Positions 27,185 to 37,180 of a DNA stretch of 64,000 nucleotides are shown here, in pieces (the first letter of the stretch is position 1; each line of letters opens with the position of its first letter). Below the pieces are notes generated by a model, which worked only from the letters and a program-made list of their open reading frames with translations, was not told where the DNA came from and made no database searches. Source of the DNA: Planctomycetota bacterium. GTDB lineage: Bacteria; Planctomycetota; Planctomycetia; Pirellulales; PLA5. Made by a program: the position numbers and the translations under genes. Where the stretch lies: assembly GCA_003576845.1 (NCBI GenBank), contig QEVJ01000001.1, positions 92,537 through 156,536 of the forward strand, in the 5' to 3' direction.

Positions 27185-27569
27185 CAGCGGACTCCTTTAC
27201 GGATGGAGAGTGAACCGGCCGAGGGCGGCTTGCGCCGCTTGCCTTCCAAGATTCCGTGGCGTTGCCGGTTGTATGCGGGCGGAAAGCTCTAACGGGCAGC
27301 CAAGCCTCGCGGAGGTGGCCCAAATCCGTGGGCGACCGTCGCGGGCAGACCGCCGCCGTTGCGGTCCGCTAGCAGCGGAAGCATCGGCTTTCACGCCTCT
27401 CATCGGCGGCGGGCTGGGGCGGTATCGAGGAAACTAGTCAAGACGGGGCAACTGCGGGTTGTCGCGAACGGAACGAACGCGCGGGTCGCTCGGGTGGTCC
27501 CAATGGTAGTGTGCGGCGGCGATCGGACGTTCGCGACGGCCGTAACGGATGCGCAGGCTGGAATCGCAA

Positions 27570-27866
27570 TCAACCGCCGCCGGCTTGCTGCGAAGTTCCG
27601 CCCGTGGTCGTCGGAAACAGGCCTTCTTCCCCGTCGTCCACGAATCGGACACCCTTCATCACGTCGGGCAGCGCCTTGATCATCTGCAAGAAACCGAACA
27701 GGATCGCGCCGTGATGCACGCCGAGCGGCAAGTCGAACATGCCCTTTACGATGGTCGCCAGCGCCTCGAGCATCCCGGTCAGCAAGAGAATCAAGCCCGC
27801 CAAGAGGTTCAACACCGGGTGATGGGCCACGCGGTGCAGGGCGTTGAGCGTTTCGCGGCGAAGCAT
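27570..27866 (-). CDS. Small hypothetical membrane protein (98 aa)
   Basis: Internal ATG of track ORF 27570-27959. MLRRETLNALHRVAHHPVLNLLAGLILLLTGMLEAL... contains two hydrophobic helices. It lies downstream of, and on the same strand as, the AGE::STAS gene. Confidence 0.4.
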   Translation of the reverse strand: MLRRETLNALHRVAHHPVLNLLAGLILLLTGMLEALATIVKGMFDLPLGVHHGAILFGFLQMIKALPDVMKGVRFVDDGEEGLFPTTTGGTSQQAGGG

Positions 27867-27981
27867 CGAAGTGTCCTTGCCATTCGCACAGGGAGCCATG
27901 AACGAACGCGGCGGCGGACGAATGGTATTCGTGCCGCCGCCGCGTGTTGGTTGTTGCAAGGCAACTGTCGCGGCACGACGC

Positions 27982-30126
27982 TTACGACGCCGCGGTCAGC
28001 TCTTCGACCGAAATCTCGTCGCCGAAGCCGCTTTCGTCGATCGTCTCGCGAACGTCGTCGTTCGCGCCCGTGAGCGTGATCTCGAATTCGCCGCCTTGCT
28101 TCTGCTTGATGAAGGCTAGCGTGCGAACGCCTTCTTCGGCGATCGACTCGAGGTCTTCGGCTTGCAGCACGAGCGACTTCGCGCCCTTGGCGATCGCGGC
28201 GTCGATCGTCGTCTTGAGCGTCGAGAGGTCGTGCGTGCCGAGCGTGCCGGCGAGCGCAATCGTCGCCACGCCGCCCGTCACGTCCAAAAGATCGGTCGTG
28301 AACGTGACTTCGGCCGGAACGAGTTGCACGCGGACCTTGAGCTTGCCGCCGGTCGATGGGAGCTTGATCGTCAGGGCTTCGGCATTGAAGTCGCGATGCT
28401 CCTTGCCGTTGATCCACACTTGACCGATCCGCACGCTGCCTGCCGGCAGGATGTCCGGCGAAACGCGGAGCGTGTCGTTCGGTAGCGCTCCGGCCGTCGG
28501 ACGGAAGTAGAAGTCCATCGGCTGCTTGGTGACGAGCAGGTTGGTATAGACCGCGGCCAGGTAAGCCAGCTCGAACGAGTGATAACCGGCCATCGAGTGC
28601 GAACCCTTGCCGCGTTCCGTGCCGAGGGCGAACGGCAGGCCGTTGGCGAGCACGTTGAAGTATACGCCGCCCGACTGCGTGTCGAGGAACCAGGCGTTGT
28701 AGAACGCGGCCGACTCGCGGGCGATGCGGCGATACTCGGGCTTCTTGAGCACGCCGTTGAGGATGAAGTAAGCCAGGATGCCTTGCTCTTGCTGCCACCA
28801 CGCTTTGCGGTCGTGCCACACGTAGCGGTGGAATTTCTGGCCCGGTTCGAGCTTGCGCTCGACCACGTCGTACCAGCCGCCGCGCTGGCGGTCGCTGCCG
28901 GCGGCGGGCATGGCCGCGGCGATCTTCGTGGCTAAATCCGTGTACTCCTTCTTCGACCGCAGGCTGTTCATCCGCATCAGGTTCCAGGCGATCTTCAGGT
29001 TGTGCCCGACGACGGCCCGGTTTTGCTGCCAGCCCCACGTCTGATCCTTCGACCAATCGTCGTGGAACTTCTCCTGTACGAACGGGCTGTTGTCGTAATC
29101 CGGGAACCGCTTAGTGATCGTGTCGAACGTGTATTCGAGGAAGTCGGCGTATTCCTTCTCGCCGGTCGCCAGGAACAGATTGATGAGATACGCGGGAGCG
29201 TGATCGCCCACCGAGTTCCAATTCTTCCGCGCCCGATTACGGCCGAGCGATTCGGCCTTGGGATCGAGCGTGATGGGGTCGATGTGCGAATAGAACCCGC
29301 CACGCTCGCTCTTGTCGTGGAAGTATTTCCAGAACGTTTTGATCGTCGCCTTGGCGTCGGAGAGGATCGCCGGATCGCCGGTGACGCGATAGGTCTGCAC
29401 CGGGCCGGCCAGGGCGTAAATCTGCTCGTAGCACGGAATCGCGTCGTAGTCGTCGCCGAACTCCGAGGCGTAAATCTTTTGGTAATTGCCGTTGGGCTTG
29501 ATATCGACCGCGTGATACCAGTACGTGGCGTCGTTCTTTTTGTCTTCGAAGCGGAAATGCTTGCGGAGGTATTCCGTGCCCTTCTCGGCGGCTTCGAGGT
29601 ACCTGTCTTCGCCCGTCATCAGGTACGCCGACGCAAAGCCGTATACGAGCCGCGAAATCGTGTCGGTCTCTTGCCGGGTCGAGCCTTCCTTTTCCCCTTC
29701 GAGGCCGAGGTTCGTGCGGTACTTGCTGTAGTCGATCTCGCCGTCGCCGAATTCGGCGTTGATGTAGAAATCGCCGAGCTGCCGGACCTGGTTGATCCAC
29801 CAATCCTGTTGCTCGAAGCGGTACTCGTCCGGCGTGTGGCCAACGAACACGATGTGCTTGGCCTCGAACTTGGTCGCGTCCGCTTCGGGATAGAACACGC
29901 CGTAGACGTACAGGAAGCGGCCTTCGACGAGGTTCGTGCGGATGTCATCGGTCGCGTTCTGGAACTCTTCGCCCAGGTTGCGGACGTACTCGGCAAACAC
30001 GGTCGGCGTGAGCGTGACGCGATAGTCGCGGTCGTCGCTCGTGCGCAGTTCGAACGTGTCCTTGCCGTCGTACTTCGTGACGTAGCCGGCGATCAGGTCG
30101 GAAACGGAAAAGTTGAGATCGTTCAT
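27982..30126 (-). CDS. N-acylglucosamine 2-epimerase (AGE)-superfamily (alpha/alpha)6-barrel protein fused to a C-terminal STAS domain
   Basis: Track ORF of 714 aa. The central region has the AGE-like repeated helical pattern (ISRLVYGFASAYLMTGEDRYLEAAEKG; HNLKIAWNLMRM; QEQGILAYFILNG; FELAYLAAVY). The last ~110 aa (GGVATIALAGTLGTHDLSTLKTTIDAAIAKGAKSLVLQAEDLESIAEEGVRTLAFIKQK...ITLTGANDDVRETIDESGF) match the SpoIIAA/STAS layout. Confidence 0.75.
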   Translation of the reverse strand: MNDLNFSVSDLIAGYVTKYDGKDTFELRTSDDRDYRVTLTPTVFAEYVRNLGEEFQNATDDIRTNLVEGRFLYVYGVFYPEADATKFEAKHIVFVGHTPDEYRFEQQDWWINQVRQLGDFYINAEFGDGEIDYSKYRTNLGLEGEKEGSTRQETDTISRLVYGFASAYLMTGEDRYLEAAEKGTEYLRKHFRFEDKKNDATYWYHAVDIKPNGNYQKIYASEFGDDYDAIPCYEQIYALAGPVQTYRVTGDPAILSDAKATIKTFWKYFHDKSERGGFYSHIDPITLDPKAESLGRNRARKNWNSVGDHAPAYLINLFLATGEKEYADFLEYTFDTITKRFPDYDNSPFVQEKFHDDWSKDQTWGWQQNRAVVGHNLKIAWNLMRMNSLRSKKEYTDLATKIAAAMPAAGSDRQRGGWYDVVERKLEPGQKFHRYVWHDRKAWWQQEQGILAYFILNGVLKKPEYRRIARESAAFYNAWFLDTQSGGVYFNVLANGLPFALGTERGKGSHSMAGYHSFELAYLAAVYTNLLVTKQPMDFYFRPTAGALPNDTLRVSPDILPAGSVRIGQVWINGKEHRDFNAEALTIKLPSTGGKLKVRVQLVPAEVTFTTDLLDVTGGVATIALAGTLGTHDLSTLKTTIDAAIAKGAKSLVLQAEDLESIAEEGVRTLAFIKQKQGGEFEITLTGANDDVRETIDESGFGDEISVEELTAAS

Positions 30127-30173
30127 GAAAACCTCACTAAAAAGGGGTCGGGAGTCTTTTGTAAAGGCGGCAT

Positions 30174-32324
30174 CTACTTTGACAGAAGCACGACAACGCT
30201 CCGCCCGCTGACGATGTACTCCTTGCCCGCGATCTTGATTTCCTTACCGGCGTCGGCAATGTCGTTGGGCGACGCGAGCGCCGTGTCGACGGCTCGGTAC
30301 CACCTGCGGCCTTCGATCGGCGGAATCTCGAACGGCAGCGCGTCCCAGTACATGTTGACCATGATGTGCAGGTCGGCCTCGCCGGCGAATCCGCCAAGCG
30401 TGCAGGCGAGCACGCGGGCGCTGGGATCGTTCCACGGCGGCGAATACAGCTTGCAGCCGTGCCACGTGATGTCGGCCAGGTTCCGCTCGTTCACGTCGCC
30501 CGTGTAAAACCGCGAGCGGTGAACGACCGGATGCTGCTTGCGGAACGCGATCATCCGCTGCCAGAAACGGAGCATGTCCTCGTTTTTCTCGGGCAGCGTC
30601 CAGTCGAACCAGTTCAGCTCGTTGTCCTGGCAATAGGCGTTGTTGTTGCCGCGTTGCGTGCGGCGGACCTCGTCGCCGGCGACGAACATCGGGATGCCCT
30701 GCGACAGCATCAGGATCGCGCAGAAGTTCTTGATCTGCCGCTCGCGAAGCGCGTCGACGGCTGGATCGTCGGTCGGTCCTTCGGCGCCGCAGTTCCAGCT
30801 CATGTTGTCGTCGTTGCCGTCGCGATTGCCTTCGCCGTTGGCTTCGTTGTGCTTCCAGTTGTACGAGACGAGGTCGTTGAGCGTGAACCCGTCGTGGCAG
30901 TTGATGAAGTTGACGCTATTCACGGGCAAATGGCGGCGCGATTGATACAGATCGGCACTGCCTGCGTGGCGCGCGGCGAACGATCCGACGATTCCGGGAT
31001 CGCCCTTGACGAACCGGCGGACGTCGTCGCGATAGCGGCCGTTCCATTCGGCCCAGCGATAGCCGGGGAAGTAGCCGATTTGATACAACCCGGCTGCGTC
31101 CCAGGCTTCGGCAAACACTTTCGTGTCGGCGAGCGCTTCGGATAGCTCGATGTGCCAGATGACCGGCGGGTATTCGAGCGGCGCCCCGTTCTCGCCCCGC
31201 GTGAGCACCGACGCTTCGTCGAAGCGGAAGCCGTCGACGTGCATCTCCTTCACCCAGTACTCCAAGCACTCGACGATCAGCTTTTCCGGCACAGGGTGGT
31301 TGCAGTTGAACGTATTGCCGCAGCCAGTGTAGTCGTAGTAATACTGCTTATCGCCCGGCACGAGGTGGTAGTAGTTCGCGTTGTCGATCCCCTTGAACGA
31401 GAACGTCGGTCCTTGGTGGTTGCCTTCGTCGGTGTGGTTGAACACGACGTCGAGGATCACGCTGATGCCGGCCTTGTGTAGGGCCTTGACCATGTCGCGG
31501 AACTCGCGGACGTGTTCGCCGGCTTCGGGGTTGACGCAATAGCCGGGGTGCGGCGCGAAGAACGCCATCGTGCTATAGCCCCAGTAGTTCCGCAGGGGCT
31601 GGCCGTCGACGGTGCGCAGCACCTCGCTGTCGTCGAACTCGAACACGGGCAGCAATTCGATCGCCGTGATGCCGAGGGCCTTGAGATACGGAATCTTCTC
31701 GATGATGCCCTTGAACGTGCCCGGGTTCTTGACCTTCGCGGTCCTCGACTTGGTAAACCCGCCGACGTGGGTTTCGTAAATGATCAGGTCGCTCATCGGC
31801 GTGTTGAGCGGCGCGTCGCCTTCCCAGTCGTAGTCCGACTCGTCGATCACGACGCTCCGCATCGACGTGGCGAGATTGCTGCCGGGCGCGCAAGCGTCGC
31901 CGCGGCGCCAAAGCGTTTTGTTGTTGCCGCGGGCGTAGGGGTCGATGAGCAGCTTTTCGCCGTCGAACCGATGGCCGTCGTGGACGCTCTCGGGGCCGTG
32001 GACGCGATAGGCGTAGTGCGTGCCGTGGCCGATGCCCTCGACCCGCACGTGCCAGATGTGAAACGTCTTGTTCTTTTCGGGCGAAAGGCGGACGACCTGA
32101 ATCGGCTCGACGCAGTCGTGCTCGCCGAAGAGGAGCAATTCGACCGCGGTGGCGTGCTCGCTGAAGAGGGCAAAGTTCACACCCGTTGCATCCGGCGTCG
32201 CGCCCAAGGGATGGGTGCGGCCGCTCGACACCGGATAGGGCGGACCGACCTCTTTGCCCGTCGGCGTGTACGGAGCGACGACGAATTGCGAGGATTCGAG
32301 CGTAGGGGCAGCGGTCGTAAGCAT
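30174..32324 (-). CDS. glgX: Glycogen debranching enzyme GlgX (GH13 with CBM48)
   Basis: Track ORF of 716 aa. It reads HPLGATPDATGVNFALFSEHATAVELLLF..., YAYRVHGP, ITAIELLPVFEF, VILDVVFNHT, GFRFDEASVL, FAEAWD and FINCHDGFTLNDLVSY, the canonical GH13/GlgX conserved regions. Confidence 0.92.
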   Translation of the reverse strand: MLTTAAPTLESSQFVVAPYTPTGKEVGPPYPVSSGRTHPLGATPDATGVNFALFSEHATAVELLLFGEHDCVEPIQVVRLSPEKNKTFHIWHVRVEGIGHGTHYAYRVHGPESVHDGHRFDGEKLLIDPYARGNNKTLWRRGDACAPGSNLATSMRSVVIDESDYDWEGDAPLNTPMSDLIIYETHVGGFTKSRTAKVKNPGTFKGIIEKIPYLKALGITAIELLPVFEFDDSEVLRTVDGQPLRNYWGYSTMAFFAPHPGYCVNPEAGEHVREFRDMVKALHKAGISVILDVVFNHTDEGNHQGPTFSFKGIDNANYYHLVPGDKQYYYDYTGCGNTFNCNHPVPEKLIVECLEYWVKEMHVDGFRFDEASVLTRGENGAPLEYPPVIWHIELSEALADTKVFAEAWDAAGLYQIGYFPGYRWAEWNGRYRDDVRRFVKGDPGIVGSFAARHAGSADLYQSRRHLPVNSVNFINCHDGFTLNDLVSYNWKHNEANGEGNRDGNDDNMSWNCGAEGPTDDPAVDALRERQIKNFCAILMLSQGIPMFVAGDEVRRTQRGNNNAYCQDNELNWFDWTLPEKNEDMLRFWQRMIAFRKQHPVVHRSRFYTGDVNERNLADITWHGCKLYSPPWNDPSARVLACTLGGFAGEADLHIMVNMYWDALPFEIPPIEGRRWYRAVDTALASPNDIADAGKEIKIAGKEYIVSGRSVVVLLSK

Positions 32325-32335
32325 GGCTTATCTTC

Positions 32336-33085
32336 TTATGGATTAGGAGTGGCGGATTTCGATCCACGCAGCGCGGCGAACAGACCGCGCCGTTGCATAA
32401 GTGCCAATTCGCCGTCCACCGCCCGGTCCAGCATCAGCCACATCTGGTCGATCCTGCCGGGCACGATGTAGAGCAGCGGGACAAAGCAGTACACGATCAC
32501 CGCGGCGTAGGGACTCAAGAACGATGCGACGATGCCCACCATATACAGGGCAGGTCCCGTGAGCGTGGTTTGCAGCGTCGCCCGCACGATTGCCGGGTCG
32601 AGATTGGCTTCTACGAGTCGGCCGCGGTGGGTGGCATACTTCCACAGAACGGCCAGCGCCACGCCGCACACGAGGTGCGTGGCGCCGTACACGATCACGA
32701 TCACGTTGGATTCGTGGAGGATGCACTCGGACAACAAGTCCGTCGGAAACGGCAGAAACGCCACGCTCATCAAGAAAAACAGATTCAGCCACAACAGCCC
32801 GCGATCCGCGCGATGGATGTAGTGGAACATGTGGTGGTGCAGAATCCAGTAGATGGCGATCAGTACGAAGCTCAGCACATATCCCAGCACGTGGGCCCAC
32901 AATCCGCCGAGAAAGGCGAGCACTTCGGCGTTCGACATCGACGGGGTACCGGCGATTTCGACGTCGGCGTCGATGAAGATCAAGATCAACAGCGTGATGA
33001 CGATCGCCAACACGCCGTCGCTGAGCGCCTCGAGGCGCGTCGTCGAGAGACCGTAGCCGGCGTTGGTGTGTTGAGGGGCGGTCAT
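32336..33085 (-). CDS. TMEM175-family potassium channel (DUF1211)
   Basis: Track ORF of 249 aa. RLEALSDGVLAIVITLLIL is the family hallmark (RxxxFSDGVxAIxITLL), followed by 6 TM helices. It lies 11 nt upstream of glgX on the same strand. Confidence 0.85.
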   Translation of the reverse strand: MTAPQHTNAGYGLSTTRLEALSDGVLAIVITLLILIFIDADVEIAGTPSMSNAEVLAFLGGLWAHVLGYVLSFVLIAIYWILHHHMFHYIHRADRGLLWLNLFFLMSVAFLPFPTDLLSECILHESNVIVIVYGATHLVCGVALAVLWKYATHRGRLVEANLDPAIVRATLQTTLTGPALYMVGIVASFLSPYAAVIVYCFVPLLYIVPGRIDQMWLMLDRAVDGELALMQRRGLFAALRGSKSATPNP

Positions 33086-33104
33086 GCAGCGGCGGGGCGC
33101 TCGT

Positions 33105-33209
33105 GGAGGATTGAGGTTAGAGGTTGGAGGTTGGAGAAAAGGAGGTTCGTAGGAAGCAATTATTATCGAGGTGTGTTTTCCTCAATCCTCAATCCTCGCT
33201 CTTCAATCC
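33105..33209. repeat. Palindromic intergenic element with 7-nt word arms
   Basis: The left arm at 33106-33140 is GAGGATT GAGGTTA GAGGTTG GAGGTTG GAGAAAA. The right arm at 33180-33209 is CCTCAAT CCTCAAT CCTCGCT CTTCAAT CC. It lies between the DJ-1 stop and the TMEM175 start. Confidence 0.75.
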
Positions 33210-33214
33210 TTTGT

Positions 33215-33820
33215 TCACGCCACTAGCTCCGGCACGTGCGACGCGAGCAACGTTTCGTTCGCCAACATCTCGATGATCCGCTTGGCAAACACGTGGCAGT
33301 GCTTTCCGGTACGGGCGGTGACGAGGTCGTCGTCGACAACGACGTCTTGATCGACATAGGCCGCGCCGTAGGCGATCGCGTCGCCGTACAAGTTGTTGTG
33401 GCAGACGAGCCGCCGGCCGCGAACGAGTTCGGTCGCCGGAGCGACGAGCCACAGGCCGTGGCAAATGATGCCCTTGAGGATGTTCTTGTTGGCAAAGGCC
33501 CGTTTGAGGAATGCGGTGGCCGGCGGCAGCTTGGATAGGTCGTCGGTATAGCGCAGGCGGTCGGCGACCATGCCCGACGGGACGATGATCGCGTCGAACG
33601 AGGCGAGGTCCGCGTCGGAGATATTTTCGAATGACTCGCGGCAGGTGAACGGGGCGCGGAACTCGTGTCCTTGGAAGGTGATCGACGGATTGCCCCAGAG
33701 ACGGCTCAGGAAGTGGACGTCAGCGCCTTCTTCCGCAAAGCGAAAGTCGTAGTAGAAGATTTCGTTCTCGAAGAAGTCGCCTTCGATGAGAACGCCGATT
33801 TTTTTTCCGGCTAGACGCAT
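33215..33820 (-). CDS. DJ-1/PfpI-family protein
   Basis: Internal ATG (33820) of track ORF 33215-33952. It begins MRLAGKKIGVLIEGDFFENEI... and has the nucleophile elbow GIICHGLWL. The track N-terminal extension is read through a REP element. Confidence 0.8.
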   Translation of the reverse strand: MRLAGKKIGVLIEGDFFENEIFYYDFRFAEEGADVHFLSRLWGNPSITFQGHEFRAPFTCRESFENISDADLASFDAIIVPSGMVADRLRYTDDLSKLPPATAFLKRAFANKNILKGIICHGLWLVAPATELVRGRRLVCHNNLYGDAIAYGAAYVDQDVVVDDDLVTARTGKHCHVFAKRIIEMLANETLLASHVPELVA

Positions 33821-33869
33821 GGTTCGGGTTCCTTTAGCGACGGTTGTGGCTGTGGTGTGGTGTGCTCGT

Positions 33870-33971
33870 GTAGGGTGGGTCGAACGAAGCAAGGCCCACC
33901 GGCGGCTGGCTCTGCATACTTGAATCTTGCGCGATGCTTTGGTGGGCCTCACTTCGTTCGACCCACCCTAC
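33870..33971. repeat. GC-rich REP-like palindrome, class GTAGGGYGGGTCGAACGAAG..GGCCCACC
   Basis: GTAGGGTGGGTCGAACGAAGCAAGGCCCACC (33870-33900) faces GGTGGGCCTCACTTCGTTCGACCCACCCTAC (33941-33971). The same word pair recurs at 59931-60110. Confidence 0.8.
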
Positions 33972-33986
33972 GATGTTCGGTTCGGG

Positions 33987-35747
33987 TCATTGGCCGCAGC
34001 GGACGCCGATCATCTCGGGATGAACGTTTCCTTCGAGGAGCACATCGAGAAGGAACGGGCCGTTGTGGGCGAGGGCCGCGTCGATTGCCGGTTCGATGTC
34101 GGCCGGTTTCGCCACGCGGATCGCCGGCACGCCCATCGACCGGGCCATCTCGGCAAAGTTGATCTCCGGTTTCGACAGATCGAAGCTCAGCGGGAAGTCG
34201 TGCGCCGCGACGCCTTGCTCGCGCCAATACTGCGAGATGTTGAGTTGCAGCAGGCGATACGAGCGGTTGTTGCAGACGACGAACTTCGCGCCGACGTTGT
34301 GCCGCGCGGCGGACCACAACGCTTGTATCGTGTACATCGCCCCGCCGTCGCCGCTGAAACCGAAGACGATCTTCTCGGGCATGGCGAGCTTGGCGCCGAT
34401 CGCGCCCGGAAAGCCGACGCCGAGCGATCCGCCGCGTGTCTGGAAGAAGTGGCCCGGCGTCGTGGGCGGGAAGTAGCGGGTCAGTGCCGGCGAATTGGTG
34501 AGCGCTTCGTCAAAAACCACCGCGTCGGCCGGCAGCTTTTGTGCGAGCACCTCCATGAACCGCGAGAAGTGCAGCGGCGCGGCGTCGCGAACCTTCTGGT
34601 CGTTGGCCAGCTCCTCTTCGCGGGCACGATGTTTGGCTTGAGCGAGTGCGGCCGTCCGCGCCTGAGCGGCTTGACGCTGCTGCGGCGAGAGCGCGGACTT
34701 GAGGAGGTCGGTGAGACGTGCGAGCGTGAGTTTCGGATCGCTCACCAGTCCCAGGTCTACCGGGTGATTCTTGGCGATTTCATAGGCGTTGAGGTCGATG
34801 TGGATCGTCTTCGCGCCCGGAGCGAAGATGTCTTCGAGCGACGGGAACACCTCCGGCAGCATGTACGTGCCGACGATCAGGTTAACGTCGCCGCGGCGGG
34901 TGATCGGGCGGCTCGTCTCGGCGAACATGTGTCCCGTCGAGCCTTGATAGAGCGGGTGGGCAAAGCTCATGTTCACTTCGCCTGCGTCCGCGCTCCACAC
35001 TTCCGCGCCGAGCAACTCGGCGACGGCAGCGAGCTCGGCCTGAGCCTGGGAGTACGCCACGCCGTCGCCGACGAAGATCATCGGTTTCTCGGCCGACGCC
35101 AGCATCGCGGTTGCTTCCTTGAGCAGCGTTTCGTCGGGCACGACGCGCGTCGAAGGAATCGACGTGGGACGAATTGGCTCGCCCGCAATCTCGTCGAGCA
35201 CGTCTTGCGGCAGGCAGACGTAGACCGGGCCCATCGGCGGCGTCGCCGCGATTTTGATTGCCCGCCGCAGAACGCGAAGCGTCGAAGCCGGATCGGTGAC
35301 GCACGTCGCCCACTTGGTGACGGGCTTGGCGATCGACACGAGGTCGGCCGCCATTTGCGCGTCCATCGCCTGGAATTTCACGCCGGCATCGCCGCCGAGC
35401 ACGACCAGCGGGGCATGACCGCGATACGCCTGGTAGAGCGCGCCGATCGCGTTGCCCAAGCCGGGCGAGCTGTGAATCTGCACGACGGTCGGCTTCTGCG
35501 TCGCGCGGGCGTACCCGTCGGCGATCATCACCGCCACCGTTTCCTGGAGCGTGAGGATATATCGGAGGTCGGGATAGTCCCACAGCGCGTCGAGAAAGCC
35601 CTGCTCGACTGTGCCCGGGTTGCCGAACATGTACCGGCAGCCGTCGGCGCGAAGTTGTTCGAGCACGGCGAAGCGGCCGGTTTTGCCTCGCGAACGAGTC
35701 AACGGAACGGTTGCGATCGGGGCGTCGAGCGTGGCGTTCGAGGTCAT
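33987..35747 (-). CDS. Thiamine-diphosphate-dependent enzyme (benzoylformate decarboxylase / acetolactate synthase-like)
   Basis: Track ORF of 586 aa. The N-terminal PYR domain reads FGNPGTVEQGFLDAL...ETVAVMIADGYARAT...SSPGLGNAIGALYQA. The C-terminal PP domain has GDGGAMYTIQALWSAARHNVGAKFVVCNN (ThDP-binding GDG...NN motif). Confidence 0.88.
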   Translation of the reverse strand: MTSNATLDAPIATVPLTRSRGKTGRFAVLEQLRADGCRYMFGNPGTVEQGFLDALWDYPDLRYILTLQETVAVMIADGYARATQKPTVVQIHSSPGLGNAIGALYQAYRGHAPLVVLGGDAGVKFQAMDAQMAADLVSIAKPVTKWATCVTDPASTLRVLRRAIKIAATPPMGPVYVCLPQDVLDEIAGEPIRPTSIPSTRVVPDETLLKEATAMLASAEKPMIFVGDGVAYSQAQAELAAVAELLGAEVWSADAGEVNMSFAHPLYQGSTGHMFAETSRPITRRGDVNLIVGTYMLPEVFPSLEDIFAPGAKTIHIDLNAYEIAKNHPVDLGLVSDPKLTLARLTDLLKSALSPQQRQAAQARTAALAQAKHRAREEELANDQKVRDAAPLHFSRFMEVLAQKLPADAVVFDEALTNSPALTRYFPPTTPGHFFQTRGGSLGVGFPGAIGAKLAMPEKIVFGFSGDGGAMYTIQALWSAARHNVGAKFVVCNNRSYRLLQLNISQYWREQGVAAHDFPLSFDLSKPEINFAEMARSMGVPAIRVAKPADIEPAIDAALAHNGPFLLDVLLEGNVHPEMIGVRCGQ

Positions 35748-35788
35748 CGTGAAGCTCTTGGTCGGATGCGAGAATGGGCTGGTTCTTC

Positions 35789-35969
35789 AAACACAGAGAT
35801 CACGGAGGACACCACAGAGGGCACGGAGTATTGATGACTGATGAGTGATGAACGATGAACTAAATGCGGGCGCGGCCAAAAAAAGTTCATCATTCCTCGT
35901 TCATCAGTCATCACTCATCACTTGCATTCCTCCGTGCTCGCTGCGCCGTCCTCCGTGACCTCTGTGTTT
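35789..35969. repeat. Large composite palindromic element (outer CACRGAG words, inner 7-nt words)
   Basis: The left half is AAACACAGAGATCACGGAGGACACCACAGAGGGCACGGAG followed by TGATGAC TGATGAG TGATGAA CGATGAA (35832-35859). The right half is GTTCATC ATTCCTC GTTCATC AGTCATC ACTCATC followed by CTCCGTGCTCGCTGCGCCGTCCTCCGTGACCTCTGTGTTT. Confidence 0.85.
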
Positions 35970-36035
35970 AAGCTAATGACTCGAGCGGCGAACTGTGGCA
36001 CGATCTCGCGACCGTGCCACAACCGCAAATAGCAA

Positions 36036-36899
36036 CTACCACCCGTACCGCGTGACACCCTTTTCGAGCACGTCGACCAGTACGCGGCCGCATTCGCGCG
36101 ACGAGGCGGTCGAGCGGCTGGTGATGAACGGGTAGTCGACGATCACGGACGTTTCGTGGCCGACGTTGCCGATGAACTGACCTTCCGGGCCGACGGCGTC
36201 GCGGAGGATGTATTCGAGCGGGTAGAACGGCGCGCCGAAGTTCACGTAACCTTCGCCGAAGCCCTTTTTCGTGCCGTCGATGAAGTGCGGGCCTTCGAAG
36301 CCGGTTCCGTCGAGATAGTCGTAGTCGAGCGGGTGACCGGTGACGCGACGGCCAGCGATCAGGCTCCGCTTTTCGCGGATATCGCGGGCGAATGCCAGGC
36401 AGGTCACTCCGTAGCACTCGGCGGCGATCGGTTTGTTGAGCTTCGCAAAGCCGAGGACGAGGTCGTGAACGCGGCTGTTATTGGCCAGGTCGACCAGCGC
36501 GCCGCTACCGCCGACGATCACGAGCGCGTCGTACTTGGTCAGTTCGTCGGCGACGATCGCATCGACGCGCTTGTGATAGGCCTCCATGTCGCGGAGATAG
36601 GTCGGCGAGCTGGGGTAGGCCCGCTGCGGGAACCACTGCTTGAGGCTCTTCGGCGAATCCATGCGGCCGCTTTGCGTGAACGTCCGGACCTTTTCGGCCA
36701 TCTCGGCGGTCGTAACGCTCCGGCCGAGCGGTGGGTCGATGTACTTGGGGTCCATCGAAACGGTCAGTGCGGTCGGCTTCTGCCCCGTCGGCGTGAGGAA
36801 CTCGACCTTGTAGCCGGCCCGATCGCACGCTTCGAGCGGGCCGATCAGTTCTTCGCCCCAATAACCCCATTCGGACACGAGAAACAGGATATTCTTCAC
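36036..36899 (-). CDS. Type-1 glutamine amidotransferase-like / DJ-1 superfamily protein
   Basis: GTG start at 36899 with GGGAGA 7 nt upstream, inside track ORF 36036-36953. It reads VKNILFLVSEWGYWGEELIGPLEACDRAGYKVEFLTP... and YDALVIVGGSG, with the nucleophile-elbow region PIAAECYGVTCLA. Confidence 0.78.
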   Translation of the reverse strand: MKNILFLVSEWGYWGEELIGPLEACDRAGYKVEFLTPTGQKPTALTVSMDPKYIDPPLGRSVTTAEMAEKVRTFTQSGRMDSPKSLKQWFPQRAYPSSPTYLRDMEAYHKRVDAIVADELTKYDALVIVGGSGALVDLANNSRVHDLVLGFAKLNKPIAAECYGVTCLAFARDIREKRSLIAGRRVTGHPLDYDYLDGTGFEGPHFIDGTKKGFGEGYVNFGAPFYPLEYILRDAVGPEGQFIGNVGHETSVIVDYPFITSRSTASSRECGRVLVDVLEKGVTRYGW

Positions 36900-37180
36900 G
36901 ACGATTCTCCCGGTGGACGATGGATGAGGCCGATCGCGCGATCGGCGACGCAAGCAGGTGCAGGCAGGAATCGAAGGCGGTCGGCAGCGCGACGCGCTCG
37001 GAACGCATATTGGCTGCCGAGCAAACTTAGCTTCCTGTTTGCGCGCTTCGGCGTGCGGTCAAGTTCGATCTCGCGCACTCCGCACGGTTCGATGCCCGTC
37101 CCAATTCGCGTGGTTCCGAATGTGCGGACCGTGGCGGCTTTCGGCGATTCGCGGCGGCGATAAGAAACAAGTCGGTACTT

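Noticed and set aside
33927-35834. 635-aa + strand ORF
   Set aside because: It is antisense to the ThDP-dependent enzyme (clear GDG...NN and PYR-domain motifs on the minus strand). Its N-terminus is read out of a REP element (…LTSFDPPY…).
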